Assembly (NCBI GenBank): GCA_036172245.1
Contig: JAYWIR010000038.1
Location: 682,001-746,000, forward strand
From: Raillietiella orientalis
Lineage: Eukaryota
Direction of reading: 5' to 3'
Length of the DNA stretch: 64,000 nucleotides
The notes beneath the pieces were generated by a model. It saw only the letters and a list, made by a program, of their open reading frames with translations, had not been told where the DNA came from and made no database searches. Position 1 is the stretch's first letter, and the number at the start of each line of letters is the position of its first letter. The translations under genes and the position numbers were made by a program. Of the stretch, positions 1 through 12,362 are shown one piece after another.

Positions 1-1099
1 GCGGGGCAGGAGCACCCAGAAGATTCCCTCGCATCCCGGACCGGGCCATTCCGTTTGCTCCTTTTGCCTGCAGGCGACAGCGGCCGCACCCGCGCTCTCC
101 CTCCATTTTGCCGGCCGCCGCGTCTCACACGTGGCGGAGGGATAGCCAGCGGAAGGCAACTGGCGAGCCCCTGGAGAAGCCACCGGGAGAGCCCTGAGAG
201 TTAGCATCGAGGAAGAAAGTGGAGCTCCAGGGAGATGCGCTCGCGCGTGCACTCTTCTGCCCCCGGCCTGCCCAGCCCCTCCTCTCGCGCTCCCAGTGCG
301 AGAAGGTTCCCTCCGTCCCGCTGAGGCGCGGGTCCCTTGCTTCGGGGACCTCCTGGTTACCGCCGATTGATCGGCCCCGAATCCAAGGGAACGTGCCAGC
401 TCCCGATACGCCGGAGCTCCGGAATTCGCAGGTTGGAAGGGCGTTTCGCGTCGGTGGCACGCCCGAGGGTGACTCCTCCCGGCCGCGCGGTCGTTCTGGT
501 TCTCCAGAAGAACCCCTCCAGTCTCCGGTTTCATCTCGCGTCGGGAATGGTCACCGGATGCGGTGCTCGATCCGTCGCGGAAGGCGCGCATGAGCGTCGG
601 GACGGATGGGAGCACCTCTCGGGGCGCGAACGGCGGCCAGGCGGTGCGGCCTCGACTCCGCCTCGGCTCGGGAGCTAGGAGCTCCAGACAGAAGGGCGGT
701 GCCGGCCGAACGTCCCTTGCTTCGCCCAGCCAGGTGGCGTCCAGGAGGATAAAGGGGTGGAGAGTTTCCGGTCGTGGGCCACAGATGGCAGGCCGCCGCT
801 CGCGCGAGCAGCGAAGAACGCGTTGCGCGCGCAGGCATATGCGATGGAGAACCGTGCCTTCGCGGAGCTCTGGGAAGAAGCGAGGGTGACAGACGTGCTG
901 ACAAGAAGTGAGAGATTCTTTTGACAAGTTTGGCACGTGACTCGTGTCGAGGAGAGATCTTCGAGGGGTCGGCACGGCGCGGCTGACGGCAGCCGCAGAC
1001 TCCCGCGTCCGGGTCGCGTCCACGGTGACACTTCGTGCCCTCTCAAACTCGTTGAGTTGCGCGTGGGACGGCCGCCTCAGCGGTGAAAGACGAATCCGG

Positions 1100-1654
1100 C
1101 CGTTTCCAACTTGCTCATGTGCGCGCTAGATGGCAGAGGTGAAGGAGAAAGTGATCTCCATGAGGGAGAGCCTCCGACCGCGGCAGGAGCGCCGCAGAAC
1201 TCGGGCCGGGGTTCGAAGCAGCTGCATCGGCGGAACATCTGGGATGAGAGGAGGCCTCGAGATGAACGTCCAGGACAGACGATGATGCCTTCTTCACCAT
1301 GGTCGGTGGCAGGAAGCCACCCTTCCCCCCATTCTCCGCTTCCCCTGCTAGATCCCCTGCCTTCGGGAGGATCACAGGGTTCCCGGCGACGGAGCGAGGC
1401 TGCGATCACGCATCTCTCGGACGAGACCTCAGGCGCTGATGTGTCCCGTTCTCGACGCCTCGCGGAGCAGCGCTCCTGCAAGGAGAAGACCTGGCGGAGC
1501 ACCGGGAAGTGGGCGTCCGTGCCAACCCCCAGCCTCCCTTGGGCCTATCCCCCACTACGGGAGCGTCGTCATGGTCTCCTACAGCCTCCTCGTCAGCGGG
1601 ACGAGTGTCACCCTCTTGTGCAGCCGGGTTTCAGAGCGAGGTCCCCGCCTTTGC
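1100..1654 (-). mobile_element. Degenerate L1/Tx1-like ORF2 fragment (region just upstream of the RT core)
   Basis: Frameshifted minus-strand ASLRR..VILPKAGDL (~1345-1400) resembles the LINE RT domain-0/1 motif (S.R.G.I.LLPK.GD). GC-rich like the neighbouring LINE fragments. Confidence 0.4.
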
Positions 1655-2584
1655 CGTGCGGTTGCTCCGGGGCATTTATTTATCAAAGGATAAACGAGGA
1701 AGAGACGGTGGGGCACGATGCTACGCGGAGGAGACAATCCAGGGGGGGCCCCGAGGTCCACAGCAGTCATGGAGGGGAAAGGAGGGAGGGAATAACACTA
1801 GAAAAAGTAAACACACACATACGCGGTCAAGAAAACTACTGCTTTGGTGTTGTGATTGTTGTTACTGTTGTTGCCTCAATCTGGAGGGGAACGGAGAGTG
1901 GAGAATAATACTAAAAAAAAAAATTAGCTGTTTTGGATTCCAGAAAATGAGGATGGCGACGGGGTCCTCTTCGTCTCTTGGCGGGATGCCGGCGAGCTCC
2001 CCTCGAGGACCTTCCAGATGGGACTACCTCCGCGAGAGACCAGGTGGCGAAGAAGACGGCTACCCCCGTCTTCTCGGTCTCGCAACTCACAGCAGCGACG
2101 GCAACGCGCACGCAGCGAGGCGCTGTGATCGCTCCCGCAGACTGCCGCGTGGCGTCCGGCGCGAAGAGGGGCTTTGGGACATCTCTGGGATGGGCAGCTG
2201 GTACAGGAGTGGACGCGTGCAGACGGCCCCGCGGAGCTTAGAGGGCAACGCGGCGCGCTGGAGGAAGGGAGAGGGAGGCTTCCCTTTCTTCGCACCTGAA
2301 ACGGTCGGGGATGGCGCTCCCCCTCGTCCGGGGCTGGCGGCGAGAGCGCGCGGGAGTACCCGGTATCACAGCCGTGGCGCCGACTGTGCTGCCGCCACTC
2401 GAGGAGGAGGAACGAGCCGTCCGTCATCATAACGGGGTACCTCCAAGACGTCTCCTAGGATCCCGAAGAGCCCACCGCCCCTAGAGAGGGAGTCCTCAGG
2501 GAGGGGCCGCGCGCGTATTACAGCGTAGCTGCCGAGGCACCTCGCAAGGAACGTCCAGCCCCCCTTCGCCAGCAGGCAGATGTC
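1655..2584 (-). mobile_element. Internally deleted L1/Tx1-like ORF2 3' part plus 3'UTR (subfamily C)
   Basis: HLPAGEGGLDVP (post-RT LPxxxGGL motif) near 2550-2580. GILGDVLEVP matches GILRENFEIP at ~48450. ORF ends SGIQNS* (compare EISGIQRWF*). 3' terminus AATAAATGCCCCGGAGCAACCG at ~1658-1680. Confidence 0.65.
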
Positions 2585-3225
2585 GTTTGTTTCCCGGTTG
2601 CGCCGGGACGTTTATTATAATGAAGTCATCTGGGAAAATAGTTGCCAGGCAAGGGGAACAGAAGTTAAGGGGGAGGGTTTCCCGACATGCAGGTCGGGCA
2701 TACTGAGAGTTCGGGACGGGAGAGAGGGGACAATAAATTAATAAAAATAGAGGGGCGGATAGGGACAAGGGTCTGTAGCTTCGACCGTTCCTTTTCTCAG
2801 AACCGGCGTTGAATGGCGGAAATCTCCGTCCTCACTTCGTCGTTGATATGTGGCCACCCGGCAGCCATGCCCAGATTGCAGGCTGCACTTTTGGTGACTG
2901 CTGTTGGGACCGCTCTCAGCTGCAATACGTTGCGCGCCCTGACAATGGCGCGGACGCACCAGATGGTTGCGATGACCGCGCCAAGGGATAGGCCGCCACG
3001 CGTGAAGAAGCGGCGCTTCCAGTCCATTGCGGTGTCCCCTGGATGCAGGAGCTCTGAAGACAGTCTACGCCACAGTCCCGGGAGGACACCGCAGTAAAAC
3101 GCGCGGGAGCGATTCCACTGCTCTGCACCTTCCACAGTTCGGAGAAGCGACACTTCCGGAGACCAGGTGCGCGCGCTGGTTGCAATACAAACCCCAATGC
3201 ACAAGCAGAAATCATTGTGCAACCC
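2585..3225 (-). mobile_element. 5'-truncated L1/Tx1-like LINE, subfamily A copy 1 (ORF2 C-terminus plus 3'UTR)
   Basis: Ends EVRTEISAIQRRF* (stop 2797). Clear DNA similarity to 10858-11520 and 47135-47800. 3'UTR hairpins and AATAAA terminus present. Confidence 0.8.
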
Positions 3226-4182
3226 ACCTTGAGTGCGTGGGCTGAGAGGACCTCCCTGGCCACGGCTCTGTTCCACCTCAGGGAGCACCTGGGCAGTAGC
3301 CAGCCGGCGAAATGGGAAGTCCGGTGTAGTATCCCTGGAAGAGAGAGAGAGCAAGGTGGTTGGACTACGGGCCAGTTGACAGACGCTGCGACCCCAAGTG
3401 CCCCACCGAAAGGACTATTGCGCTGGGGCGAGCTGCTGAGCATCCCCATGGATGTACTCGAGTGGCCCCCGGTGCTGAAGACTACCCGGGCCCTCTCCCT
3501 GAAGTGGCAGGAGTCGGCGTTCCTGGTGTTGCACTGGGGACTCCCCAGCAACGCCCGCCGTTCTTACTGGACGAGGGGGGCTGTGGACCCAAATTGTGTC
3601 AGGTGCGGGGAACGAGAAACCCTCCCGCACCTGCTTCTTGACTGTGTTGCCCTCCGGCCCCTTTGGGAACGTTTCGGTACGACCCTAGGGATCGTGGAAG
3701 GTAGCCCTCTCAGAGACGTTTTTCGGCTTTTCTTCGTGCGGGATGCCCTGCAGCCAGCCGCCGTCGTAGCAGCGCTCAGCTGCATCCGCTGTATTGTGGC
3801 AGCTTGGAGTGGATCCGACGAAGCAGAAGATGTTAACGGAAAGGATGTCATGAAGTATGCAGGTTGCTTTCTGCGAATAACAACGCGATGGCCCCACCTG
3901 GGAAATCTGCAGAAGGACCTCGTCAGCATCCTGCAAAGGATGGAAACTCCACGCAGCGGACAGTGATCCCTTCCCGGCCCTCCAAAGAACTATGGTTTTT
4001 TGTGTTTTCAGTTTCCTGTATTTTTGTTTTTGTTTTCCCCATCCCCCTCCGCTGACGTGGAGTGTCAAGTCGGTCTGTGCACCGACAAGCCGGCAGCTCC
4101 CTATGTTTTATTGGCCGCAGAGGGGCCTTGTACCGCAAATACCAAAAGTTTTTCAATAAACGCCCCGGCTTGACCGGGTGAA
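3226..4182 (+). mobile_element. 5'-truncated L1/Tx1-like LINE, subfamily B copy 1
   Basis: Open frame 3217-3966 with LHWGLP..N and the C-terminal zinc finger CVRCGERETLPHLLLDC (zf-RVT type). 3'UTR ends AATAAACGCCCCGGCTTGACCGGGTGAAAA. Confidence 0.8.
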
Positions 4183-4479
4183 AACGTCGAAACGGACGTT
4201 CCGCGCCGCCTCCGCCACCCTGCCCCGGACGAGGAACGCGACTCTGCACGTGTGCGCGGAGCCTTGCCGCCAGTGTAGCGTCCCGCCCGCGCGCTCTTCC
4301 AGATCCGATGCCTGCCGTTCGGAGATGCTGTGTATCTCCTGCAGAAGCACCAGATCGAACGCACGCAAGGCGTTGGCTACCGTCCGCATCTTGTCGGCGT
4401 CGCGCAGCCCGTTGACGTTCCAACAGGCCACGCTGACGCGACGAGCGGACGCGAGTCCACGCATCACTGCTGCGGACAT
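4183..4479 (-). mobile_element. N-terminus of LINE ORF2 apurinic-like endonuclease (truncated)
   Basis: VACWNVNGLRD...DLVLLQEIH...VAFLV matches APE domains I-III of L1/Tx1 ORF2. Begins just after the ORF1 stop at 4513. Confidence 0.85.
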
Positions 4480-4512
4480 GACGGCGTGCTCCTCGCCCCG
4501 TCCGGCGAGAAG

Positions 4513-6750
4513 TCAGCTGGCAGCACAGCGGGTTGGGAAGCGGACTCGCTCCCGTTCTCCACCGCACCGCACGCAACTGAGTCCTGGGAGTACGAGAAGC
4601 ATCGCCTCGGGCTCCGAGGAGGGGCCGGAACCACTTCCGGGAACAGTCTCGTGCTTGCGCACTTTAGCCTGGCGCGCTCCAGGGTTTCCCCGGGATACGC
4701 GCTCCTTTGATTTGCAGTCCGACTCCACCTCGGAGTCCGAAGGCCGCGCGAGAGAATGGCGTTTCGCCTGTCTCTTGTTGTGCCCGGAGGTGGAAGCTTG
4801 CCCAGCCTGCGCGGGGATCGCCGCAGTCGCCAACGCAGCCCCCGGCGCTTTGGCTTCTGCAGCGGATCTCTCGCTCGAAGAGACAGCGACAGAGCACACA
4901 GCCGGAGTGCGAACCTTGATTTGCACCTTCTTCGGCGCGCTAGACTTCTTCCTCCCACCTACCTTCAGGATGGGGAAGTAAGAAGGGTCCACCTTCTTCC
5001 CCTTTCTAGGCTTCCTGGCCACCCGAGTCCAGCGCGCGTCGCTGTCCTCTTCGACTCCACCCTGGGAGGCCAGAGCCTCCCGCACCTTCTGGACGGTAGC
5101 TAACGGCTCATTTTTGCACAATCGCGGCGAGAGACGGCTCCGTCACCCTTGCCTGCTGCGCTGCTCCTTCGCTGGTGCGGGCGGCAGGCAATTCCGCCAT
5201 CGCGAGATTCGCTGCCAGTGTGTTCACCGTGGACGACGTGCTGAGGGAGGACCCCGGACTGAGGGAAGCACAGCCGCTCAGTGGCAGTTCCGGGAGTCTC
5301 CGCGCATAGTTTTCCGTTCCTTCCCTTCGACTCTGGAACGGACACGGACGGTTCAGCAGCCATTTTCGAGTGTTTAACCGTTGGCTGCTTCGTGCGGGAC
5401 TGTTTGCTTGCAGAGCGGCGTGGCATCTTCCCCTTATGCGCGGCTTTCCGGAATTGTTCCTTTCCTGAAACAACCGTGCTCTCTTTTGCGGCGCTGCTAC
5501 TCGCTGCAGCAGCGTCGTTCGCATCCGATTTCTTTCCCGGCGAGACGGGGGAAGTTCTCGGGGAGGACGGCGTCAATTGGTGGCGATTCCTCGCCTACCG
5601 TTTGCGCTTCAGCTCGGCGCACTCCTTAATGGAGTGACCGAGCATTTTGCAGTTGGGCAGTTGCGAGAAGGGCACTTCCAAGGACGGTGGCCCTCCTTGC
5701 CGCAAGCCAGTCGCTGACCGGCAAACTTCAGGTGAACGACCACATCGTCCACCTGGAGCTGCGAAGGCATTAGCCTCCGGTCCACCATGGTCCCTCGCGC
5801 CATGGCGAGTTCGCTGTGAGAGATGCGATCCTTTTAATAGGGCTCGCTGTTCTCTACAGAGCGTGCACCATGGCGAAGGCACCCAACGCGCTCACGAGCA
5901 CGCGGTCGGAAGTTTCCACCCGGACGGCGGACAATCGGACCACGAACGACTGGTCCATCTCCGGGGAGGCACCACGAGGGAGAGCCGCTGAGGACGACAG
6001 AGGAGCACCCCAGTGACCTCGGCTCCCGATGCGGGCGCGGAGGAACAGAACCCGTAGCGACGAGAACGAGCCCACGCGTTCCCACGAAACCCGCCTTCCC
6101 CCCTCCCTCCTCTGTCCCCTGGGAAGGGGGAGCGGTTCAGGATACTCGACGGGATCCGTGTCGAGGAGGAGGGGGGGAGCTGCAGCGTTCCTGCTACTCG
6201 GAATAGCTCTTACTTGAGCTACGTTGCTAGTGGCAACTTCTCCCTGTATGGTGTGCAAGTGCCGCCCATGTGGACTGCAGCCCGCACTCGGGAGAAGGGC
6301 AGGGAAAGGGGGATCCCTCGTAGGAAGGAAGGACATGAGGAAGCTGCGTCGCTTTGGAAGCGCGGCCCGTCTGCGAGAACCCGGAGCAGCGCTGCCCCTT
6401 CCTTCTTGATGGCTTCTGCAACCGCCTCCGCTTGAGGAGAGGCGGGGTCGGAAGTACCGCGGCTTCCGGGAGAAATTTCCGCACGCAGTTTTCCTGGTCC
6501 TCCCGCGGAGTAGCCACAGGACAGCCTCGGAAGGAGAACGCGTGCTCCCCGCCCGTCCGATTCGGCCACGAGGCCGGAGCAGGGTGCGGCGCCTTGGACC
6601 TCCAGTCGTCTGCGAGACCGGTCCTCGCCGAGGCACCAGACACGAGGCAGCTTCACGCGGAAAACTACCCCATGGGCCGGCCCTCAGAGGATGGATTTCT
6701 CCTCTCCTCCTCCTCCTTTCTCCCCCCGGGTCCCAAAGATGCAAGGACGT
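4513..6750 (-). mobile_element. Frameshifted LINE ORF1 (gag-like, two CCHC zinc knuckles)
   Basis: CGKEGHRPWKC and (frameshifted) CPNCKMLGHSIKEC at ~5620-5710, followed by a basic, Ser-rich low-complexity C-terminus. Lies directly upstream of the APE start. Confidence 0.75.
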
Positions 6751-6929
6751 TCCGAGACTAAGCGCGCGATCGAAACGGTCCCTCTGTCCCGCTTTGCCCC
6801 GTGTCTCGGCGGCGGGCAGGAAGAGACGGCACGCGATCTAGAAGATCAAAGAAGCAGCCCCATTCCTCTAGCCTCCCGTCGCCACCAGAAAGAAATGCGC
6901 TTTCTTTTCTTGGAAACCCCAGAAGAATA

Positions 6930-7215
6930 TTTGTTGCTGCTGTTGTTGTTGTTGGTGGTGGTGGTGGTGCTGCTGCTGCTGCCGTTGCTGTTGTTGTTCC
7001 TGCCGTTTCTGTCGCTGTTGCTCTTCTTGTTTTTGTTCTTGAAGCTACTGTTGCTATTGTTGTTGCTGCTGGTGCTGTCGCTGTCTTGGCGTTACTCCAG
7101 GGCTGTTGCTGTTGTTGCTGTTTCTGTTGCTGTTATCGCTATTGTTGTTACTGCTACTGTTGCTGTTGCTGATGCTACTGCTACTGCTTCTGTTGCTGAT
7201 TCCTGATGTTGTTCC
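6930..7215. repeat. Degenerate trinucleotide microsatellite (TGT/TGC/TGG)n = (CAA/CAG)n
   Basis: ~285 bp of near-continuous TGY triplets read directly. Confidence 0.9.
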
Positions 7216-7229
7216 CTGATGCAAACTGC

Positions 7230-8750
7230 CCATGGGTCTTTCTTGGTCCGGCCTGTGGTGGGGCGAATTCATTTGTTCTTTCAGCTTGAGCAAGAAACAG
7301 CCAGGCAAGAAAGAGTGAAGTCCTCTTCCTGACAACACCCGGACTTTGTCCTTGATGGCTTTTGCAACTACCCTCTCCTGAGAAGAAGCGGACTCAAGAA
7401 GACATGGCTTCCGGGAGAGGTTCCCGCAGCACTTGGCCCTCCCGCCGTAGCTACGGGGCAGCCTCTTGAGGTTTTCCCTTACGGACAAACTCCCTTTATC
7501 ACTGAACGGTGGGTTCAGTGATAAAGGGAGAACTAGGACGCTCTTCCGCCTGTCTCTTTCTCCCGGGTCTCCCGGTTTCTTTGTGACTTCTTGTTCTGCT
7601 TCCTTGGTTTCTGCAGGGCGTGGAGTAGGGTTCGGGAAGGCAGCACCCTTCCGAAGAAATAATCCTTTTATACCCAAAATTGATATTCTCATAAGCGAAT
7701 TCTATCTTCGTACACCTAGTGACGGGTTCCCTCAGCATCGGGGTGGAACCTCGTGATGAAGGTGCTTCCCAGGATGCGACCCCGGGTTTCTTCCATCGAC
7801 AGCAGAATCTCGACGTTCGCTTCCGCTTGGGACGACTTCCGGTGGTTTGGATCGCCTTTCCTGGACTATCTTTCGCCTCTTTTTCGAGTGCTCTGAGTGT
7901 GACACACACCAAGCGGGTGTTCCTCGCGCTCACCAAGTGTTCCCGCGATCGCCATGACGAGGGGCCTCGTCGTCTTTCGACGTGAAATCTCACTTGGGGC
8001 TGCTGGCGCTCTCTGCATCGGGAGGAGTGGCACTGACCATGTCCGTCGCGGTCCACTCGACCGCCTTTCCCCGACGAAGGTGACCGTGGAGCTCACCGCT
8101 GCGCAAGACTTCGCCTCGACAGCGGCCATCGGTGGCGAAGGAGTGTCTCCTTCTTGCTCGCCAAACGGACCCTCGGCCATCTCGGCGAAGGTCGTCCGCG
8201 CTCGGTCGCTGCGCCGTCCGGGGTTTCCAGCTTCCGCGTCGGTTCTGGGAGGCGACACGGAGATTCCTCCTTCTCCTTTCCTCCTCCTCCCCGGCTGCCA
8301 GTTCCATCTGCCGCCGTCTCCGCGGTGGCTTCAGACTAGGCAGCCATATTTCTCCGTCACGGTTCTTTCACGGAAGTGGCAGCGAAGCCGTTTGAAAAAT
8401 CGAGTCGAGCGCTCGGCCCGGCGCGGCTCCGAACCCACTGCTGCCTTGCCCACTCGCCGGCCAGAGCCATCGCTCCAGATCTCTGGGGAAGTCAGTTCCC
8501 CCCCAGCGGCCCGCGCCAAACCTCTTTCGCGAGCGCTCCGATGAGAGGCGACCCTAAAAAGAAATCCCGCTGGGGGCCGTCGGACAGCACTCCAAAGTGC
8601 TTCGAGCTCACACGGGCTCATCTATCTCCTTCTTCTTCCGGAGACCTGCTCTGGACCCCGATCTCGCCAGGGCCGTTCATCCCGAAAAAGTAACCACGCG
8701 AGAGGAAAAGGAGGGAGGTTACGTGAACGGAAACGAAAGGGGGTCACCAC
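7230..8750 (-). mobile_element. Additional degenerate ORF1/5' fragments of the same LINE group
   Basis: 7350-7465 is a diverged copy of 6400-6530 (SSQERVVAKAIKDK vs SPQAEAVAEAIKKE). Pyrimidine-rich leader at ~8700-8745 on the minus strand. Confidence 0.5.
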
Positions 8751-8769
8751 CACGCCCTTAAGGGCGGAG

Positions 8770-9820
8770 CTCCGGATGGGTGCAGAGAGAGGGGATACAT
8801 CTGCCCGGTGGAAGAGGAAGGCGGGAAGGGCCTGACTGGACCGTAAATTCCCTCAGGCGATGGTGAGTGCCTGCGACGTCCTTCCTCGTTCCCAGTCCAG
8901 AGATAGCCAGCAAGCAACTCTCCGCGGAAGGAGGCTGACTGATGTCGGTACTGCTGCATTGTTCCGGAACGATCGAGATGATAATCCCATCCTCTCCCAC
9001 AGCCCCGAGCATTCCAGCCACAAGGCCAGGAGGCATCCTTTGCCTCTCGGGGGCAGTGGCTGCGCAGCGGGGAAGCCGAGCCCCTCGCTGCGTGCTGCTT
9101 CCTGGTGTTCCGGTAGGACACCGGAAGTGTTCCCCGGTGCTCATGGACAACCGCCCCCTCCCCCTGAAGTGGCAGCAGTTGGCGCTGTTGGTGCTGCATT
9201 GGGGTCTCCCATGCAACGCCGCCGTCACCACTGGAGGGGGGGATGGATCCGAACTGTGTAAGGTGCAGGGAACGGAAATCCCTCCCCCACCTGTTAGTGG
9301 ACTGTGTTGCCCTCCGGCTCCTCTGGGAACGCTTTTCCGCGACCCTGAGAACCCCAGCAGGCAACTCCAGGGACGTTCTTAAACCCCTCTTCGTTCGCAA
9401 CGCCCTTCGGCCAGTGGACTCCCTCGCAGCCTTGTGCTGCTTACGTGGGATCGTCGCAGCGTGGAGTAATGCATCGGGAACACCCAGAGACAGGGATGCT
9501 ATCCATTTCGCCGTTCAAATCATCAGGATGGCAACGAGGTGGCCCCAGCTGGACAGGAACATACACAAAGACCTTGCCGGCATTCTAGAGAAGATGGACC
9601 GGACTACCACCAGCAGACAGTGATCCCTTCCCGAACCCCCCATTTTTATTTTTTGTCTGCCCCCTTCCCTCTGCTATCGTGGTGGGCCGCTCCGGTTTGC
9701 GTACTGGCGACCCTGCAGGTTTCTTTTAAATTGGGCGTGGTTGGACCACTGATCTAACCAAAATTTTTTCTTTAATACGTTTGTTGAAAAATAAACGCCC
9801 CGGTGCACCAGGCTGAAAAT
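8770..9820 (+). mobile_element. 5'-truncated L1/Tx1-like LINE, subfamily B copy 2
   Basis: LPLKWQQLALLVLHWGLPCNA and DPNCVRCRERKSLPHLLVDC, homologous to 3217-3966. Stop at 9623 is followed by the same TGATCCCTTCCCG. Terminus AATAAACGCCCCGGTGCACCAGGCTGAAAA. Confidence 0.8.
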
Positions 9821-10049
9821 CGAGCAGCTTCTGCGTGTCGGAAAGGACGAGTATCGGTTTTGATTTCGGAAGGGTTCGTTCGACCTGCGGCAGCCGAAAC
9901 TGCGAGAAGTGACGGCGGCGAAGATTCGCGCAAAGGAAATTTGGAGCCGACCGCAAGGGCCCCGAAACTTCTTGTCGCGATACCCATGCCGCCGACAGTG
10001 TCCCCGGCAAGTGGATCCTCTAGCAGGAGTCCCCACGGTTCGACCCGCG

Positions 10050-10208
10050 CATTTTCTTGAACGGCAGCATCGCCTTTCCTTGGGTAGCGCTCGACGTGAG
10101 CTTTAAGCTTATTCTTTGACACACGCAATTGCAGTACGCTCCGCTCATGGAGCATTCGTTTCCGTTACATGGAAGAGGCTTCCAGCCTGCTAGCCGACTC
10201 CGAAGCGC
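10050..10208. repeat. Dispersed repeat, copy 1 (copy 2 at 12363-12530)
   Basis: GCTTTAAGCTTATTCTTT...CTTCCAGCCTGC(T/A)AGCCGACTCC shared in direct orientation. Confidence 0.8.
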
Positions 10209-10857
10209 CAACCCGTCCTTTGCAGAAGACAACAGGCATCTCTCGAGAGCGAGAAGCAACCAGAGAAGTGTTAGAATGAAAGCGTTGCCAAGTAACGCAC
10301 CTGCTTTTCGCTTTCGATGCTTCCCTCTGAAGACTGCAACCGCGGACCAGGCAAGTACACGCGCCTGTGCATCTCGAAAGCTGAGCGCTGGAGATGAACT
10401 TCCAAAAATCGAAGGGAGGGACTCGATTCAGGACTCTTGACGGCTCCTGTCGGAGCAAGGAGAACGTCAGGGCATCCATTTACGCTAACACTGAAGAGAA
10501 TCCTATCCGATTCTTTGCACAGTGCAGCAAGTAACTTCCGGTTTCTCCTCCTGGCCGCTCAGCAGTGTCTCAAGAAGAACGAGTTTCTTCTGCAAATGTC
10601 CGAAAGTTTGTGGTCAGATCCATCCGCTATGTCAGTCAGGTTGGCATTTCATGAGGAGCCATCGATAAGAAGCGAAAATCATCCGGACTACAGATGCATG
10701 CAAAAAAAGGATTCGACGGGCCAAAGGTTCGTATTGAATACGGTCGAGCACGCATGACTCCCCACGAATATGGAGTGGCAGGTGGTGTAATGATGAAATC
10801 AAAAGTATTATGAATTCCTTGAGTTTTCATAACAGAAAAACGTCCCGCACCATCTTG

Positions 10858-11960
10858 ACTTTCATCCGGGTGCGCCGGAGCGTTTATTGCTAAACTATCC
10901 AGGAACAAAGTTCCCAGACAAAGGGTACAGAAAAACGAAGGGAGGGCTCTCCAACACGCAGGTCGGTATAACCGAAAGTTCGGAACAGGAATACATATAT
11001 AGGGGGGGACCACAAATACATATATAAAAAATAGAAATAAAAATATGGGGGAGATTGGGGACAAGGGTCTTCAACTTCGGCCGTTCCTTCTTTTCAGAAC
11101 CAGCGCTGGATGCCGGAGATCTCAGTCCTAACGCCTCCTGGTAGATGGGCCCACTCGGAAGCCGGCATGTTCACGCTGGCTATTCCGGTGGGCTGACGAA
11201 GAATCGCCTGCGACTCCAACTGGAGGAGGGCCTTGTCGATGGCGCGGGTGCAACAGACCGTTGCGATGCCAGCACCTAAGGACAGGCCGACTGGCGTGAA
11301 GAAGCGGCGCATGAAATCCCTTGCGGTGTCCCCCTGGTTCAGGAGAGCTGAGGACAGCCTCCGCCACAGTCCTTGGAGGACACCGCAGTCGAAGAGAAGG
11401 TGCGGGAGCGTTTCTGCTGCTCCGCACCTTTTACAGCTCGGGGAGGCAACTCCCCTGGAAACAATGTTCGTGCGCTGGTTGCAATGGAAACCCCAATGCA
11501 GCAGCATGATCACGTCCTGTTTCCATGAGTGGGGGAACACAGAAGTGTCCACGCACGAGGGAGGGACCACACGTTCTTCGGGGGGCACACTAAAGAGTTC
11601 GCTCCACCGAAAGAGTCCTTTCGGGATGTTGCGAGGCGTGGCAGCATCTTCCAGCTCTCTAGTCCTCCAGCTGACCATGGGTCGAGTTGCTCCAGCAATA
11701 GTGCAGACGACCTCCCACCTTGCCGGTAGGCAACTGTCCTCTCTTGCCCTTAGGGAAGCCAGCTCTGTGGCGAGGGGCGTGGCGGCCAGGCTGGTCCACT
11801 TGCCCTAGTTCTGCATGACATCCTTCAATGGAAGAGAGAGGGAAAGGTGCACGCAACATTAGCGGCACTTCCCGATGCCTTGCCCAGGACGATCACGCTT
11901 CCTGCCGCCAGGCGTTAAAGTTCGTTGGACGGCAGGAGATCCAAGTCTGGGCTGCCAGGA
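10858..11960 (-). mobile_element. 5'-truncated L1/Tx1-like LINE, subfamily A copy 2
   Basis: ORF 11094-11678 with LLHWGFHCN and CKRCGAAETLPHLLFDC, ending EISGIQRWF*. 3'UTR hairpins present. Terminus AATAAACGCTCCGGCGCACCCGGATGAAA. Confidence 0.8.
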
Positions 11961-12362
11961 GCCTGTAGAGTGGTTTCCCTTTGAAAGCTTGCGTGGCGCA
12001 CTCCGTATGCGGCAGCAAGGAAAGCAGTTCTTCGCTGCCGGTGCAGCGCCGCAGCACCATCTTGATTGTGCATTTCCGTTTCGTTCTTCCACAGAACTTT
12101 CCTCTCGGAGCATGTCGCTTCCTTTTGAAACATCTGGTAACCTGGAAACAAGTTTCCGTTCTCAGGAAAAAATCATAAATTGAAGTTGATCAATCGAATT
12201 TGCACGCGTGCTTTTTCAAACTTTTCCCAAAAGCAAGCAGCAACCAAGCCATAGAAGCGCCTCGGCAAGCATATTTACTGTGACTGACGTCCATCTACAC
12301 GATAGAACTCTAAAGAATATGAAATTGTGCTACTTCTGGGAAACAAAAGCGGCGGAGAGGCC

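Noticed and set aside
6691..7206. ORF with a Leu/Val-rich membrane-like segment and a poly-Cys frame
   Set aside because: Translation of the TGY microsatellite
1..12000. Many long overlapping ORFs suggesting a bacterial or HGT gene cluster
   Set aside because: Explained by stop-poor GC-rich LINE fragments. No bacterial gene motifs were recognised.
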